Shown here: positions 28,360-41,345 of the stretch, piece by piece | Layout of the letters: each line of letters starts with the position of its first letter | How positions within the stretch are numbered: the stretch's first letter is position 1 | NCBI GenBank assembly: GCA_965153455.1 | Contig: OZ234493.1 | Span: forward strand, 20,202,213-20,266,212 | Origin: Sphagnum compactum | Lineage: Eukaryota | DNA length: 64,000 nt | Direction of reading: 5' to 3' | Translations under genes and position numbers: made by a program | The notes under the pieces: model-generated | Databases searched by the model: none | The model's input: the letters and a program-made list of their open reading frames with translations, nothing else | What the model was told of the DNA's origin: nothing

Positions 28360-29424
28360 TGTCAAGTTTCTTTTTGTGGATGGATGGAATGTGCAAACCC
28401 TAAAATGCTATGGATGAAAGGTAGAAGGTGACAAACTACAAGATGGTTGGGCATCATTAAAGGTTGTGGATGTCGAAAGTTATATATTTTTTATTTTTAT
28501 TTTTCTGCATTTGGTTGTTTTTGTTTGCTTATAGGTTATATGTTTTTGATGTTTTGTTATTCTTGGGAATGGCGTTATTGATCTAGGTTTGGTGATGGAG
28601 TGGGTTCCTTATTGGTTGTGTAATGGCTTGTTGATGGAAATGCGTATCACGTTGCATGGTGATGGTTGGTGGGGAATTTCTGTGCCATTGATGAAGGGTG
28701 ATATGCAAACTTGTATAAGTGGAATTTCCCATGGATGGAACCAACGCGCATTCTTGGAGTTAAGTTTTCTTCTAATGTGCATGTGTGATTTTTAAAGAGT
28801 GTGTTGAGTATAGTAGACAATTGGGGAAGAATGCCCCATTATTGGTCTTCAAATTCCTTTTCTAGAGTAGACATTCCGCTGTGTCATTACTTCAAGAAGG
28901 AAATAGAGGACTTAACTATAGGAATCATGGACCACAACAAGGGAGGTGATGACGGTGTCTAGGATTTCATGAATGGTCATAGTGGCAAATTCATCTTGTT
29001 CGTGGTTGTCAGGATTGCGGGAAACTATCTATCTACCTATGTTTGAAAGAGAATACCTCTGCAGGAACTCTGAGGAAATGCACTATGTGGATAACTGTGG
29101 GTTTCATGGATTTTTTATGTTGCACTGTTTAATATTTTGTCTTTCTATGTGCACTTTCTATGGGAAGGCATGATGAGATTGGGGCATCTGTTGGGATTTT
29201 GCCACAAAATATGGCCAATTGGCTCTTGAGAGGAAATCAGGAGAGATCTGATCTCTTGAGGTCCTTAGTCTGTCTATTGTAGGAGTCATAGAATAGCAAG
29301 GACTAGGATTTGGTTACGTTTTATTCAGTGTATTTTCACTTTGATGAGTCTGATATTAGTAAACTGAACATGCATTGATGTTGTTGGGGTGTTTTCTAAG
29401 TCACCCCTCCTTTTTTTGGCGACA
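28360..29424 (+). repeat. Probable 3' LTR of the + strand gypsy remnant
   Basis: Starts TGTCA just after the integrase end and a purine-rich tract, and ends CGACA. 28360-~29199 is homologous to the reverse complement of ~34237-35040; ~29271-29419 is homologous to ~33130-33278. Confidence 0.7.
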
Positions 29425-31136
29425 TGGAATTTGCATCTCTCTCCTAAAATCATCACGAAATTTTGACGCAGAACTTGTCGCCGCGTTCTCGATCCTGGGG
29501 TGGGCGGGGGGGGGGGGGGGGGGGGAGATGCAAGCGCGAGACGTTGAGGACGATTTGAACCCTAATCGGATCCGTTTGTGCCCCCTGGAAAGCAGCTGAG
29601 CCAGCCTCTGCTTGTGCTTCGTACTGTACTTATGACCAAATTTCCTTGTTGATGGTTCTGGCTGCACACGCTGCAGTAGCGGTACTGCTTTGGCATTGTA
29701 GCGCTCAAGAAACTGAATCATAATAATCATTAGGAAGCAACAAGCTTATCCTGGAATTTTCAACATCTGCAAAACAACACAACTTTCAACAGTCATGAAT
29801 CATTTCGATTCGAGCAAACAACAAGAGGAAATCCCAATCCTCCCCACCTACTTTCAAGCTCATTCCAAGAGCAAGTTACAGCAAAAAGTTGAGCAGATTT
29901 CTGCATTTAAGAATCTGGACACCTAATATCACAGATTTACCTTTGCTTGGGAAGGAATCGGGCTGCAATCCATCCGGCGCTGGCATTGCAATAGCGATTA
30001 GGGCAAATGCAAGCAGAAGGAACAGGAAGTGTTGTCAACTGTACACTTGGATTCTTTCTCTCTCCTACTAATTGGCTCTGCTGGTCTGGGGAGAGACATT
30101 TGGATGCACTGAACGATCCACTAGGGCTTCACCATGCTAGTCAGCATGTGTTTCCAATTTAGTATGTTGAACGTTTATCATCCTTATGGATGTCATTTAA
30201 AGGACAGAGCCATTATGCAACCAGCCAGTTGTTACTGTCCCCTTGCAATACTGTGATGGAACACAAGATGTTCGAATTTATTCCTGCTTATTGGATGTTG
30301 TTCTTCTTCTGGTACTTACTTTCAAGACCAGAGAACAGACACATGCCCCCAAATTCTTAGTCTAGTAGGAATTGATGAAACCCTGGTAACTTTATTAAAC
30401 AAAGCACCCAGCAAAGGGGGAAAGAGAGGACAAAGAGAGAGGACCCAAGTCATGCAAAGATTCCTTGGTATTTTTCAAGCAATTCCCATAGTTGCTTCCT
30501 CTATTCCTCATTTAACTACTCATCCAACCTTATCTTGGCCTTAATTTGAGCCCATCTACCACCTTCTATTGCCAAATCATCTGTCAACTGAATAGGATAC
30601 AAATGTATTATGGGTTCAACATCCGTACCCATCCTTTGTTGGATCCATTTTGTAAAATTGGACATTTTATACAAATAAAAATATTTTTAAAAATTCTATT
30701 TAATCCTACTTTCAAGATGGGGATTTTCAACATTTTAAATATAAAATGAAAGATTATCATCATGTTAATTATTACACAAAAAAAAAGTTTTATTTTCAAT
30801 ACATTAGAACTTTTTCATGGTTACAAGTAATTTTTTGACACTTCCTAGTGAGTCGTCTATTTTACCTTGCTTACACCCACCAAATTGGTAGAGACCATGG
30901 AAACAAAGGGTGGCAAATATTGTAAAACATCAAAATTAAATGGATATCCATGCTCAATCCTATCAAATGTGTGTTGTCTGAATATTGCACTCTTTTCATG
31001 AAGATTTAGATGCACCCGCAACAACCTCTGCCAAATTTTACTTGTGTTTCCTTAATAATGTCAATATTGCTAAGGGTAAATGTTATTATGCCATTGTTGG
31101 AAACAATGCATTCTTTGATCAAATATGCACAAATGT

Positions 31137-34100
31137 TCAACTTTTCAGGAGAAAATCCAAACCAAGCAGTAGGTCATAGCTGTTTGTATCCACCACTAAA
31201 AACACCATTTGATAGATAATTCTACCAACCTTCATGGGAAGTTTTGCAATCTTCCCAAGCACTTGAGTTATTATCCTAGATGCAGTCTTATATGTTTCAT
31301 GGCCAAGCATTAGATGCATGATGTTGAGTTCTCTTACCACACTAGTTACCATGACTGACATAGAGGCTCTTATGTCTACTAAACCTTCAATAAATGCTTG
31401 ATTTATTTCAACTACCAAATGCCAAATATTCTTACTCCCTTGCAATAATGAGTATGGTCTCCATTGGAGTTAGTGAGATCTTCCTTTTGATGAAATGGGA
31501 CAATATTTTAGATTTAACAGACGCTTCATTTCCCATATTCATCTCCCTGTGGTCTTCTTCTCTAAATCCTTCTTCTGGAATTTCAGCAACTATAGGCAAT
31601 TTCTTTTTTGGCATTCTAATTCCAAAAAAATTGTTCTCCACAAATTTGGTTTAATTCTGATAGAATTGCCTCCTCATCATTGACTAGAACCTCCAGAAAG
31701 TTGGTGTTAGCAGTTGGTCCCTTTGCAAAAAATTTCCAACATCGATTTTCCCTGTGCCCCATGCCAAAACAGAGTGAACATTTTAGACCGTAATTTTGTT
31801 TTGTGCCTTCCTCCACACTTGGTACATTTTGGCCTAGTGTCATTGAGTTTGGGGCATGTTGAGGCCACATGTTCTTATGAATGACACAATTGACATTGGT
31901 TGTTATTGGCATAGAAGGTTTTGTTGGGTCCAGCTTTGCCATCATTTCCCTTTCCAAAGAAATTGATAAGGGTCTCATTCAAGACATGTAGTTGTTGGTA
32001 TGTGGCAAATTCTCTAAATGCTATTTCATCCTATTTTTCCTTCATGGGTTCATACGGAGTTTCCGCAAGTTCTCCCAATACTCTTTCAATTTCAATGGCT
32101 CTGACAACTACTTCTTCAATATCAGCATAAGTTTTGACCACACACAGTTTTTTGATTTCGGGCCTAAGCTTGGCCAAAAATCTTTCTCATTGTTATGCAT
32201 CCTATCTTTGTCCTTGTTGAAAAAGTTTATCCAATTTTTCATAATATTTCTGCACTCATTCTTTGGGTTCTTGTTTGATGGCATCTAGCTTGATACAGAT
32301 GTCATCAACATCTATATTGCCATATTTTTGCACTATCCAAGTGCGTAATTTTGTCCAGTCAATGGGAGTAGGATTCAATTTCTTGATCCACTCTTTAGCC
32401 CTATTCTTTAAGTTCAATTTGGCAATTTAAACGGCTTGTCACCATTTAAAATTTTAACCTCTGTTGCCATAATCAAATGTTCAGCTCAATCATTTGTGTC
32501 TTCGTGATCACAACCCCAAAATAACTCATCCATACCCTATGGACTCGTCATTGCAACCAACCCTTGTGATTCAAAAGTTTATCTGCTTCAAGTCCTCTAT
32601 TGCAGGTGCCTCTTCTCCCTTTTCATATTCTACTGCCCTTTTCTTGTTATTGTCAACCTTAATGTATAGTTCATCTCATTCCTCCCTACATACCTCCAAC
32701 ATAATTTGCCATAGAAATCCCTAGAATAAATCCAACACAACAATTGTGCAACCTGACCTATTTGTGTGATTCTCATAATGTAGTCTCCAACCCTGATCCT
32801 ATTATCTAATTCTAGTTTGTAAAATTAAATACAACACCCTAGAATGGTGATGTATAATGGAATCCAAATATCCCCAATTTGAGGAACCGAACCAATCCTT
32901 TTTCTTTTTAATCTCTAATCCTCAAGCTAATTCAAAGGACCTTGTATTGGCAGTTTGGATGATACTCCATTGCCATCCATCGAATTGTGTCCTTGTCTTC
33001 AACCATACAACCACATGAGTACAAAACCCTGAATGCTTCATACATACTACCACATTGCCAACCTTAGCAACAACTGGATCAAAACCAATAAATTTGAAGA
33101 GTGTAAATCCCATAATTTTTGGAATCATATCTATTGTAGGAGTCGTAGAATAGCAAGGATTAGGAGTTGGTTATGTTTTATTTAATGTATTTTCACTCTA
33201 ATGAGTCTGATATTAGTAAACTGAGCATGCATTGAATGTTGTTGGGGTGTTTTCTTTTCAAGTCACCCTCCTTTTTGGTATTAGACCCTTACAATCTTCA
33301 AGGTTATAATGCATTTGTAGATAATGTGTTTATTAAGGGTTGGTATTTCTAAGGAATTGTTATGTCAAAATCCAGTAAAGGATGTGAAAACAGTAAAGGA
33401 GAATTAATGGTAGAAACACAAGAGGTGCATGAAAGACAAATAGTAATTAGATTTGATTTCCTTAAAACATTTAGAGCATCACCAATAGGAGCTTTGATTC
33501 TACGTCAGGCAGGGTTTGGGATTGTTACAATTGTAGGTATAAGTCCCGATGAAGCACAAATTCGCGACATTGTTGTGGAACTAATGCACAATGGATTTTG
33601 TACTAGGGCACATGCTTGGGTGAAAATGCGGCATGGAGCAAGGGGATGGGCATCAACTGCATGGTTCCAAAAGTAATACCACTTGACCTCCTATCTTGCG
33701 TAGGGTATCAACTTACAAGTCAGAAAGATAGAATCAAGTATCGAGGATAAGGGGCATCTAGATTCCTTGTTTGCCCATCTCACCTAATCATTTTAATAGA
33801 TTTTTCATTCCAAGAATGGAAGATTTGTTTTGCAGTGGGGACTAGATCATAAGGGTGGAAAATTTTGGATTAAAGGCCTGTTTGATAGCTCAAGAGCTTA
33901 TTTGAAACAGCAATCTTGAAATACGATGGCAAATGGATTCCATAGATGAGCAAAAATTTATTCTGTTACCATCTAAATTTGTTACCTTAATTCCAATATA
34001 GGAGGGAGATTAAACAGACTTTTCTGCATGATTAATGGTGTCTTCATTTTGTTAATATCAAAAGAGTAAAACAAAAACCTAGTAGAATTAATAGAAGAAA

Positions 34101-35040
34101 GCCCAAAAGTAGCATCATGCCATGAGCCGACGAATGCAATCTGGCATATTTATGTTTGATGAAACTAACTTCCTAAGAAAACCAATGATTGACTTTAAAG
34201 GATGTAAAAACTCATATTTCAACACTTCAACTCTTAAAATCCCAATAGATGCCCTAGTCCCATCATGCCTTCCCATAGAAAGTGAACAGAGAAAGACAAA
34301 ATATTGAACAGTGCAACATAAAAAAATCCATGAAACCCACACTTGTTCACATAGTGCATTTCCTTGGAGTTCCTACAGAGGTATTCTCTTTCAAACACAG
34401 GTAGACTGACATCTTCCCACAATTGCCCTGACAACCACAAACAAGATGAATTTGCCACTATGACCGCTCATGAAATCCTAGACGCCATCATCATCTCCCT
34501 TGTTATGGTCCATGACTCCTATAGTTAAGTCCTCTATTTCCTTCTTGAAGTAATGACGCAACGAAATGTCTATTCCAAAAAAGGAATTTGAAAACCAATA
34601 GTGGGGCATTCTTCCCCAACCATGTAGTATACTCAACACACTCTTTAGAAATCACACATGCACATCAAAAGAAAACTTAGCTCCAAGAATGCACGTTGGT
34701 TCCATCCATGGGAAGCTCCACTTACACAAGTTTGCAGATCACCCTTCATCAATGGCGTAGAAACTCCCCACCAACCATCATGCAACGTGATACACATTTC
34801 CATCAACAAGCCATTATACAACCAGCAAGGAACCCGCTCCAATGAATAACAAAACAAAAGCATATAACCTACAAGCAAACAAAAACAACCAAATGCAGAA
34901 AAGAACAACAAAATTTAAACTTTTGGCATCCACAACCCTTAAGGATGGCCAACCGTCTTGTAGTTTGTCCACCTTCTGCCTTTCATCCATAGCATTTTAG
35001 GGTTTGCACATTCCATCCATCCACAAAAAGAAACCTGACA
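31137..35040 (-). mobile_element. Degenerate, 3'-truncated Ty3/gypsy remnant: 5' LTR, gag, protease
   Basis: Minus-strand LTR begins TGTCAGGTTTC at 35040. Gag remnants from ~32712 (RAKEWIKKL, KQEPKE.VQKYY, RFLAKLRPEIK), zinc knuckle CSLCFGMGHRENRC, and protease GLVDIRASMSVM...YDLLLGLDFL. Confidence 0.8.
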
Positions 35041-36014
35041 CTATTTCAGCGTTACAACCATTTCAGAGCAACTTTTGATGAGAAAGATGCAAATCAAAGT
35101 AGTAAATCTCTTTTTCAAGAGTTTCTCGAGGACCGTTTCAGAGCAGGTTTTTTTGGCGCGAAAGATGCAGATCCTTTTTCAATAAAAAAAATCTTTGGTT
35201 GCAACTTGTTATTGCCACCCCATCTCACCTCGACAGTCAGACTCTCACCACAGAATCCTCTTTCCATGCTGTTGTGTCCCACCATTGTTGCTACGATCTG
35301 CTGTGAGTGGTTCTCAATGCAGATCCAACACAAGCAAACAGCTACCTATAATAAGTAGAAGGGGACAGTGGGTGCAGAGGAAGGCAAGAAGGATGCCCCT
35401 GCTGCTGCTGCTGCTGATGCCCTGGACACTTGTCATCAATCATCAAAATCTGTCCCTCTCTCATACCAAGAAACTCATGCAAGATGTGTCAAATCAGTTG
35501 CCAAACACCCAGTTTTATCTCATGTTGACAGCACCCAAGTCCCATTTCTTGCCATGGAAACAATAAGTTGTCAATCAGCAAAGCCCAAACCCACACATTT
35601 TTGTGCAAATGTTTTGCATACTCTTGAAAGTCTGCAGCTGCTGAGGATCTTAGTCATGTTCAATTGCAATTCTAGCTTGGTCTGAACTCAGCTTTCTCAT
35701 CATCCCATTGCCATCAACCTCTGCGATCATAGCACCTGCTACCTTCAGTGGCTATTTCCATTCAATTCTGCAGTGCTCACCAATTTGCTTTGATATCCTC
35801 GTTGTTGGAGGATTTCGAACTAGTGGCTAAACCAAGAAGCCCTTCCTTCTGGAGTACTTTGCAATTGTCTATCTTGTTCCCTGTTTGCTTGCTTGTGTGC
35901 TTCTGCATCACTCATCTGTTGGATCTCCTTTGAATGTAGGTGAAAAATTGCGGGGGATGCCTCAGGAATACAGCAGAAAATTGAGCATAATTTAACTGTG
36001 TGCCACTGCTTACA

Positions 36015-38999
36015 ATGAGCATTGCTGGTATTGAAGGCAAGTCTCCAATGTGTTCCTCAGAAGTGATGGCAAGCATGGAGGTCAAGGAACAACCAAAACG
36101 GCGTCAAAGTGTGAAGGAAAGCATCCAGTATGTTTGCAGCCTGATTACAGATTTGGGCATTTCCGGGCTGTCTGCAGAGGTGATAAGACTGGCCAAGTTC
36201 AACAAATTGTCTTCTTGCAATTGCCTTCTGCGCACATTGCATGATCTGGTTGCTTTACATCTCTCATGCTCCTTCTGTTTACCCCCCCACGCACATGCGG
36301 TGAAGAACACAACTCCAGAACAGAGTACAAAACTGAGTGCTGGTTTTCATGAATTCAGTAAGGAGTGTAGAAGTCTTGAAGAAAACTTCCTCCCAGGTGC
36401 AAAACTCAAGTCTTTGAGGACAGCCCTTGGGAGCATGAGTTTGAAGCAAACAAGCAATGGAGAAGCTGCTGCTGATGGTGATCTTGTACACTTACAAGCT
36501 GGAGACTCAAAAGAATTGAATGGAAGAGGTTCAACCATTGCACCAAATCTTCTGATAAGAAACAGATTAAGAAAGAAGAGTTCAGCAGTGGCGGTGTTCA
36601 GGAAGGAAGCTGGACTTGACCTGGGTATGATCCACATATGTCATCAGCAGGTTGATCATGATATGAAACAGCAAGAAAGACAATGGCAAGAAGAGCTTAC
36701 TGCAGCCTTGGACAGTGTGTGCAGAGAGTATGGAGAAGAAGGCATGTTAAGATTTGTGAAATTCTACCTGGCTCTCTGGGGTTATCCTGCACATTCTCCT
36801 CTCTTCTCCCTTGATGAAATCAACAACAACAGCAGTGCAAGCCGGCACTTGTTGCTGGCATTGGGTTGGCTGATTTCACACTGTAACGTTATCCAGCATG
36901 GGCTGGAGCACCGAATTCAGCCGTTTCTGGCTGTGAAGGCAAGTGCACCACTGCCAAATGAGTATCCCCCTGATACAACCACCAGCTCTGAGGCACTGCA
37001 AAAGGGCAAGGAGGCAGAAAATGTGATCCAGGCGCATATGCAGAGAGTAATTGCAAGGTCCAACAAGGTGACTCAACCTAGCAAGCGCATTGAAGTCCGA
37101 GCTGAGCAGCTCTTGATGCTCTATGGACAGGTACATTTTCATGTGGACTTTGCAACTCTTCCTATCTTGATTATCAATCTTTTTGCAAAATGCTTTTCAC
37201 TGCAGTTCAAGCTCTTTTTTGGTGGTCTGACATGATGGACAAGACCTGCAGCAGGGCTTCATCATGCAGGAAAATTGCAGATGTCCAGACATATGTCCAG
37301 AGTTTGTTTCTGGTTTAGATCTTCATCAAAGAGTTGGATATTACATGTCAAATATGGGAGCACTGCTCGCTTCAATGATGCTTATACTGAAGAATTGATT
37401 TATGCTGGATGGCTGCTTTGCATCTGTGTGTCTCAATGTGGGGTTGTTGAAGCAGGTGGTATCCTGAGTATCTGTGCTAACATGCTGTGACAATCTTTGA
37501 TCTAAGGTAAGTTACAAGGCATTCAATTCCACATGTCTTGTACATGATGGTGTTGTCAATATGTGTAGGTGCAAACCAGAATCAAGGCATTGTCTGCACT
37601 CCATTTGTGCAAGGCAAACAGAATTCATGAATTTCAGGAAGCTCAGCAAGCTTTGCTGGCAGGTGGGGGCCAAAAGCCTTTTAGCCAGTATGAGGTGAAT
37701 CTACTGGAGCACAAGGACATCCAGGAAAAGCACCTCCATGCCCTAGAGACGTCCAAATACATAGCAGATGAGAGAGAGCAGTGTAAGAAGCATGAGAAGT
37801 TGTTTTGGCAGTGGATGGAAAGTGTTGCTCATGAAGCTCTAGCTGATGAAAGACACCTGAAAGGCACAACCATGCCCACAAATTGGGTGGGGGTGTCAGA
37901 AACAGAGATTCTTGCTGTGATTGATTTTATGCAGCACGAACTGGTGAACTGTGGCCATGTTGCAGAGGAGCTGTCAGAAGACAACAAACAAATAAGTCAA
38001 GATAACACTGGAACAGGCTATCAACACCCAAAGGTATTATATCCTGTGGAGATCTTCACCACATTGAGCAAGGCTTCTTCTGATGAGAGTGCACAAATTG
38101 CAAGTTCTAATCCCTTGCAGAAGTTAAGTCCAAGGATGCAGCAAATCCCGCCCGGTCAGATTGAGGACAAAATTTCAAGGTTGTTACAAGAACTGGCTTT
38201 ACTCTTGTATTACCTCTATCATGGTCTCTTTGCTGCGTTTGATCAAGAGAACTTTGTCAAAAAGAAGAAATCAAAAGCAGGGTTGTCATCTTGGTGGGAA
38301 CAGGTTGACAGAGGTGGCCATGAAACTCAGTCACGTGCTTGCACATACACGTGCCCAAAACAGGTAAAAGCAGTGACTTAAAATCTTGTGCAATCATTCA
38401 TTCATTACATACACCAGGCGATTTTCATGCCATTAGTTGTGCTTGCTCAATTTGCTTGATCATTGCAAGATGTCTCCATGTTGTCTCACTCTGGTCAGGT
38501 TAGGGGTTCATACAAAGAATCATATATTTATTGCAACCCATTTGCACTGCTGGTTACCTGGTGGTTCAGGGCTTTGATTCTTGAAGTTCTGAAACCGATA
38601 ATGGAAGATCAGACATACATATTTGTTGGGCTTTAGCCTGTGATAGGTTAGCTCTGAGCCATCCTCCATCAAGTTAATGGGCATCATGTTGCTGGGACAC
38701 ATACTGGGATTTGTTTAAGTGACATCCCTGGCTGAATGTCAGCCCTTTATTTTTTGGTTCATACAGAATGGAGTGGATACAGATTTTAGAAAAGTTCAAG
38801 CAGGGCATCAAAATTAATAGAAGCTGTGGATGGCAACATTGCATGCACTTGATCCATCTCTCTTTTCATCCTTGCTCTTCCTGAAGCTACTCAGCTTCCT
38901 TTTGTGTATGTACAGGACAAGGGTCTTAATTTCATGTTACAGACACGAATTCAACCCCATATCCCTAATACAGTTTTGCATGGCATCTTATGGAGCTAA
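36015..38999 (+). CDS. TEDC1: Tubulin epsilon and delta complex protein 1-like (C14orf80 family)
   Basis: Exons 36015-37130, 37569-38363 and a tentative last exon 38916-38999. Motifs in the same order as recalled for TEDC1: EVIRLAKFN, VKFYLALWGYP, SRHLLLALGWLI, QLLMLYGQV..RIKAL, FSQYEVNLL, HEKLFWQWMESV. Start codon and 3' exon structure are uncertain. Confidence 0.72.
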
Positions 39000-41345
39000 A
39001 CGTGATGGAGGTAACTCTTCATTGCTTTACCCACAACAAAGCTTTTTCCAAAATGTTGTTCAATAGTTGTAAAGCACTGCCTGGATTTTTCCTTTGTATT
39101 TTCAGCTCCCTTACCTGCCTGAAGAAACCTGTTTTCAGCAAGCAGGATCTTCTGTGGTGGAAGGTACCAGCCAGCCTGTCACTATTTCTAAAAAGTGAAA
39201 AAATCCCAACTCTGCTTTACTTAGGAAAAGGACTTGAGTACAGGCCCTTCTGTGATTTTCGACCTGTTCCCTTGGCCTACCAGCCTCAGGCACAGATCTC
39301 AAATCACGGAAGGGCCTGTACTCAGGCCCTTCTCCTATGCAAAAGTTACTGCTGGGGTAGGCTCGGAGTCACAGATTTCTGTGTGTTTATCAGGTTGTCT
39401 ACTCAGGATTTGATCAATATGATGGATAGGTTAATTTTGTCGTTCTTTTTCTCTTCTGCACCCATTTTGTCAATTTGAGGAGTAGACATTAGTTCTGTAC
39501 AATTTCTTGCAAATTTGTTTTCACTGGTGTCCCAAACTCTCACCCTCTGGAGAGGCAATGAATATGACATATGAAGGTCTTAGGGTTCAAGATGAGTAAT
39601 GTCAATCAACAGCCATCATGACATCTCTGATTGATGTTCATGCCATCACTAGCCTTCTGAACACAAGGTATACTGCTCTAAAGCAAGAATGCATATGTTA
39701 GCACTGTGCTTTTAACTAGTTTTGTTTCATGTGCATGTGTTGACCCAAGTGGTTGTGGATTCAACCCACAACTAGATGCATGCAAATTTGTAATCATAAT
39801 GGTCAGCCCGGCTACAATGCACATCATTGTTTGAACCAGTTGTCTACAAGTGCAGGAAGGTGGAACACCCAAGGGCCTACTAGTCTTATGCTTGTCCTGT
39901 AGTAAGGAGCTTATTCCAACAGAGCAAGAGGAGCATTTCTTCACCAGTCAAATTCCCGTCCAAGCAGGACTGACAGGGAGCTTGCTACAATCAACCTGTC
40001 ACTGGCTCTCCTTGGATGAAGTCACATGCTCAGCTGAAACCCAAGGTCATCTGCTTCACCTGTTTCTGCTTACAATCAGCACAACAAAGCAGTCTTGCAG
40101 ATTCATTAGGTGGATTGATCATTGAACACCAATGGGGGGTTTCTTGCATGTAGGATGAAGGTATCATCACTGCTGGGATTCCTTCAGACTCCTTCATACT
40201 GATTTAGGATAATTAAGTTGTAGCCTGGACATGACACTGTTGTAAACCTAAAGGATTAGGAGACTCTTACAAATTATGCAATTCAAAATACCTCAAAAAC
40301 CAGGTAGAAGGTAATGGAACAAAAGTGGTTCAAGTCATTGCAGGGAAGAGGGATGAGTCAGATCATGCTCCCTTTTGAGATAGCAAGTAATGTGCAGTTA
40401 TGGATGCTACCCTGGTTTCTGCAGTTCAATCTATCAAAATATGCATGTAGGAGATCTGCTTGGAGCAATGGTGCTTGCCCCAAAGGAAGATATGCATAAT
40501 TCTAATGTCCAGAACCAAGAGCCACTTCTAGAAATGAGGTTAACAATGAAAGAATAAATTCATGGAGAAATAGTCAAAGAGCTGTGAATTTTCTTGGCTA
40601 CACCTTGGATCTTCAAGATCACTCTCCAATCAGTTGTTATCTCAGCTCTCGCTGACCATTTTTGTATTCTTGTATGAACTGTAAAACAATAGGCTTTTGG
40701 AGCACATTTCTGAAACATGACGTGTTACCAAGTATGCAGATTGTCATCTCAAGATAGTGATGATCACCAGGACTACCTCCAATGCTTCAAAGCTGTGGTT
40801 ACTAAATGTTGCACACTACATGGTCATTGCAATGCTGTCCCTCAGGATTGTTTAGTGGACTTCATGTATTAACAAGGTCCCTAGAAAGGTATCTATCATA
40901 AATTGCTATTCAATTACAAAACATGATGAGCTGTTGAATGCATGGTCCTAATCAGAAGACTTACTTGCACACTTCCATCTGAAGGCAAGATCCAAACTTT
41001 GCTGGCAAAGCCTTCTCACAAACGTTCCAATGCAGTTAGGACAGTGCAGCTCCTAAACAAGAGCAACCCAAAGTAGCCAAAAAGCAAGGAATTGGTTGGT
41101 GTTTGAATTGGTACTTATTTGTGACTCCCTCAGTAGAAGTAGATTGGATTTGAACTTTGCCATAAGGTTTTACAATATGCCCCTCACGAGATCCCTGTCT
41201 TCTTCTGACCAAACTACCAATGCCTAGTTTCCAAGCTTTAGTGTGACAGACCCTCAAATCTCTTAGCCCTTGGCTCTATCACTCCATCTAGATTGCAGTA
41301 TATTTCTGTATGGAATTCATGCAGTCAGAATCATCAAGCATCCAT

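Larger units (their letters stand above)
24930..29424 (+). mobile_element. Degenerate, 5'-truncated Ty3/gypsy remnant: RT (C-terminal part), RNase H, integrase, 3' LTR
   Basis: Frame-broken motifs: MPFGL.NAT, VFVDDV/NIHS, LKLNPGKC, FILDVD, IAYA, EGECYAL, HEEIGHFG..C..C, LDIIGPLP, VAIDHYSK, YGIPKYVLTDN. Many stops and frameshifts. Confidence 0.85.

Noticed and set aside
33276..33287. TGGTATTAGA as a tRNA-Met PBS
   Set aside because: It is not preceded by an LTR CA end, lies on the opposite strand to gag, and is probably a rearrangement junction.
35195..35685. ORFs upstream of TEDC1 (MGAEEGKK...)
   Set aside because: Non-ATG starts and no recognisable domain; more likely leader or intron sequence.
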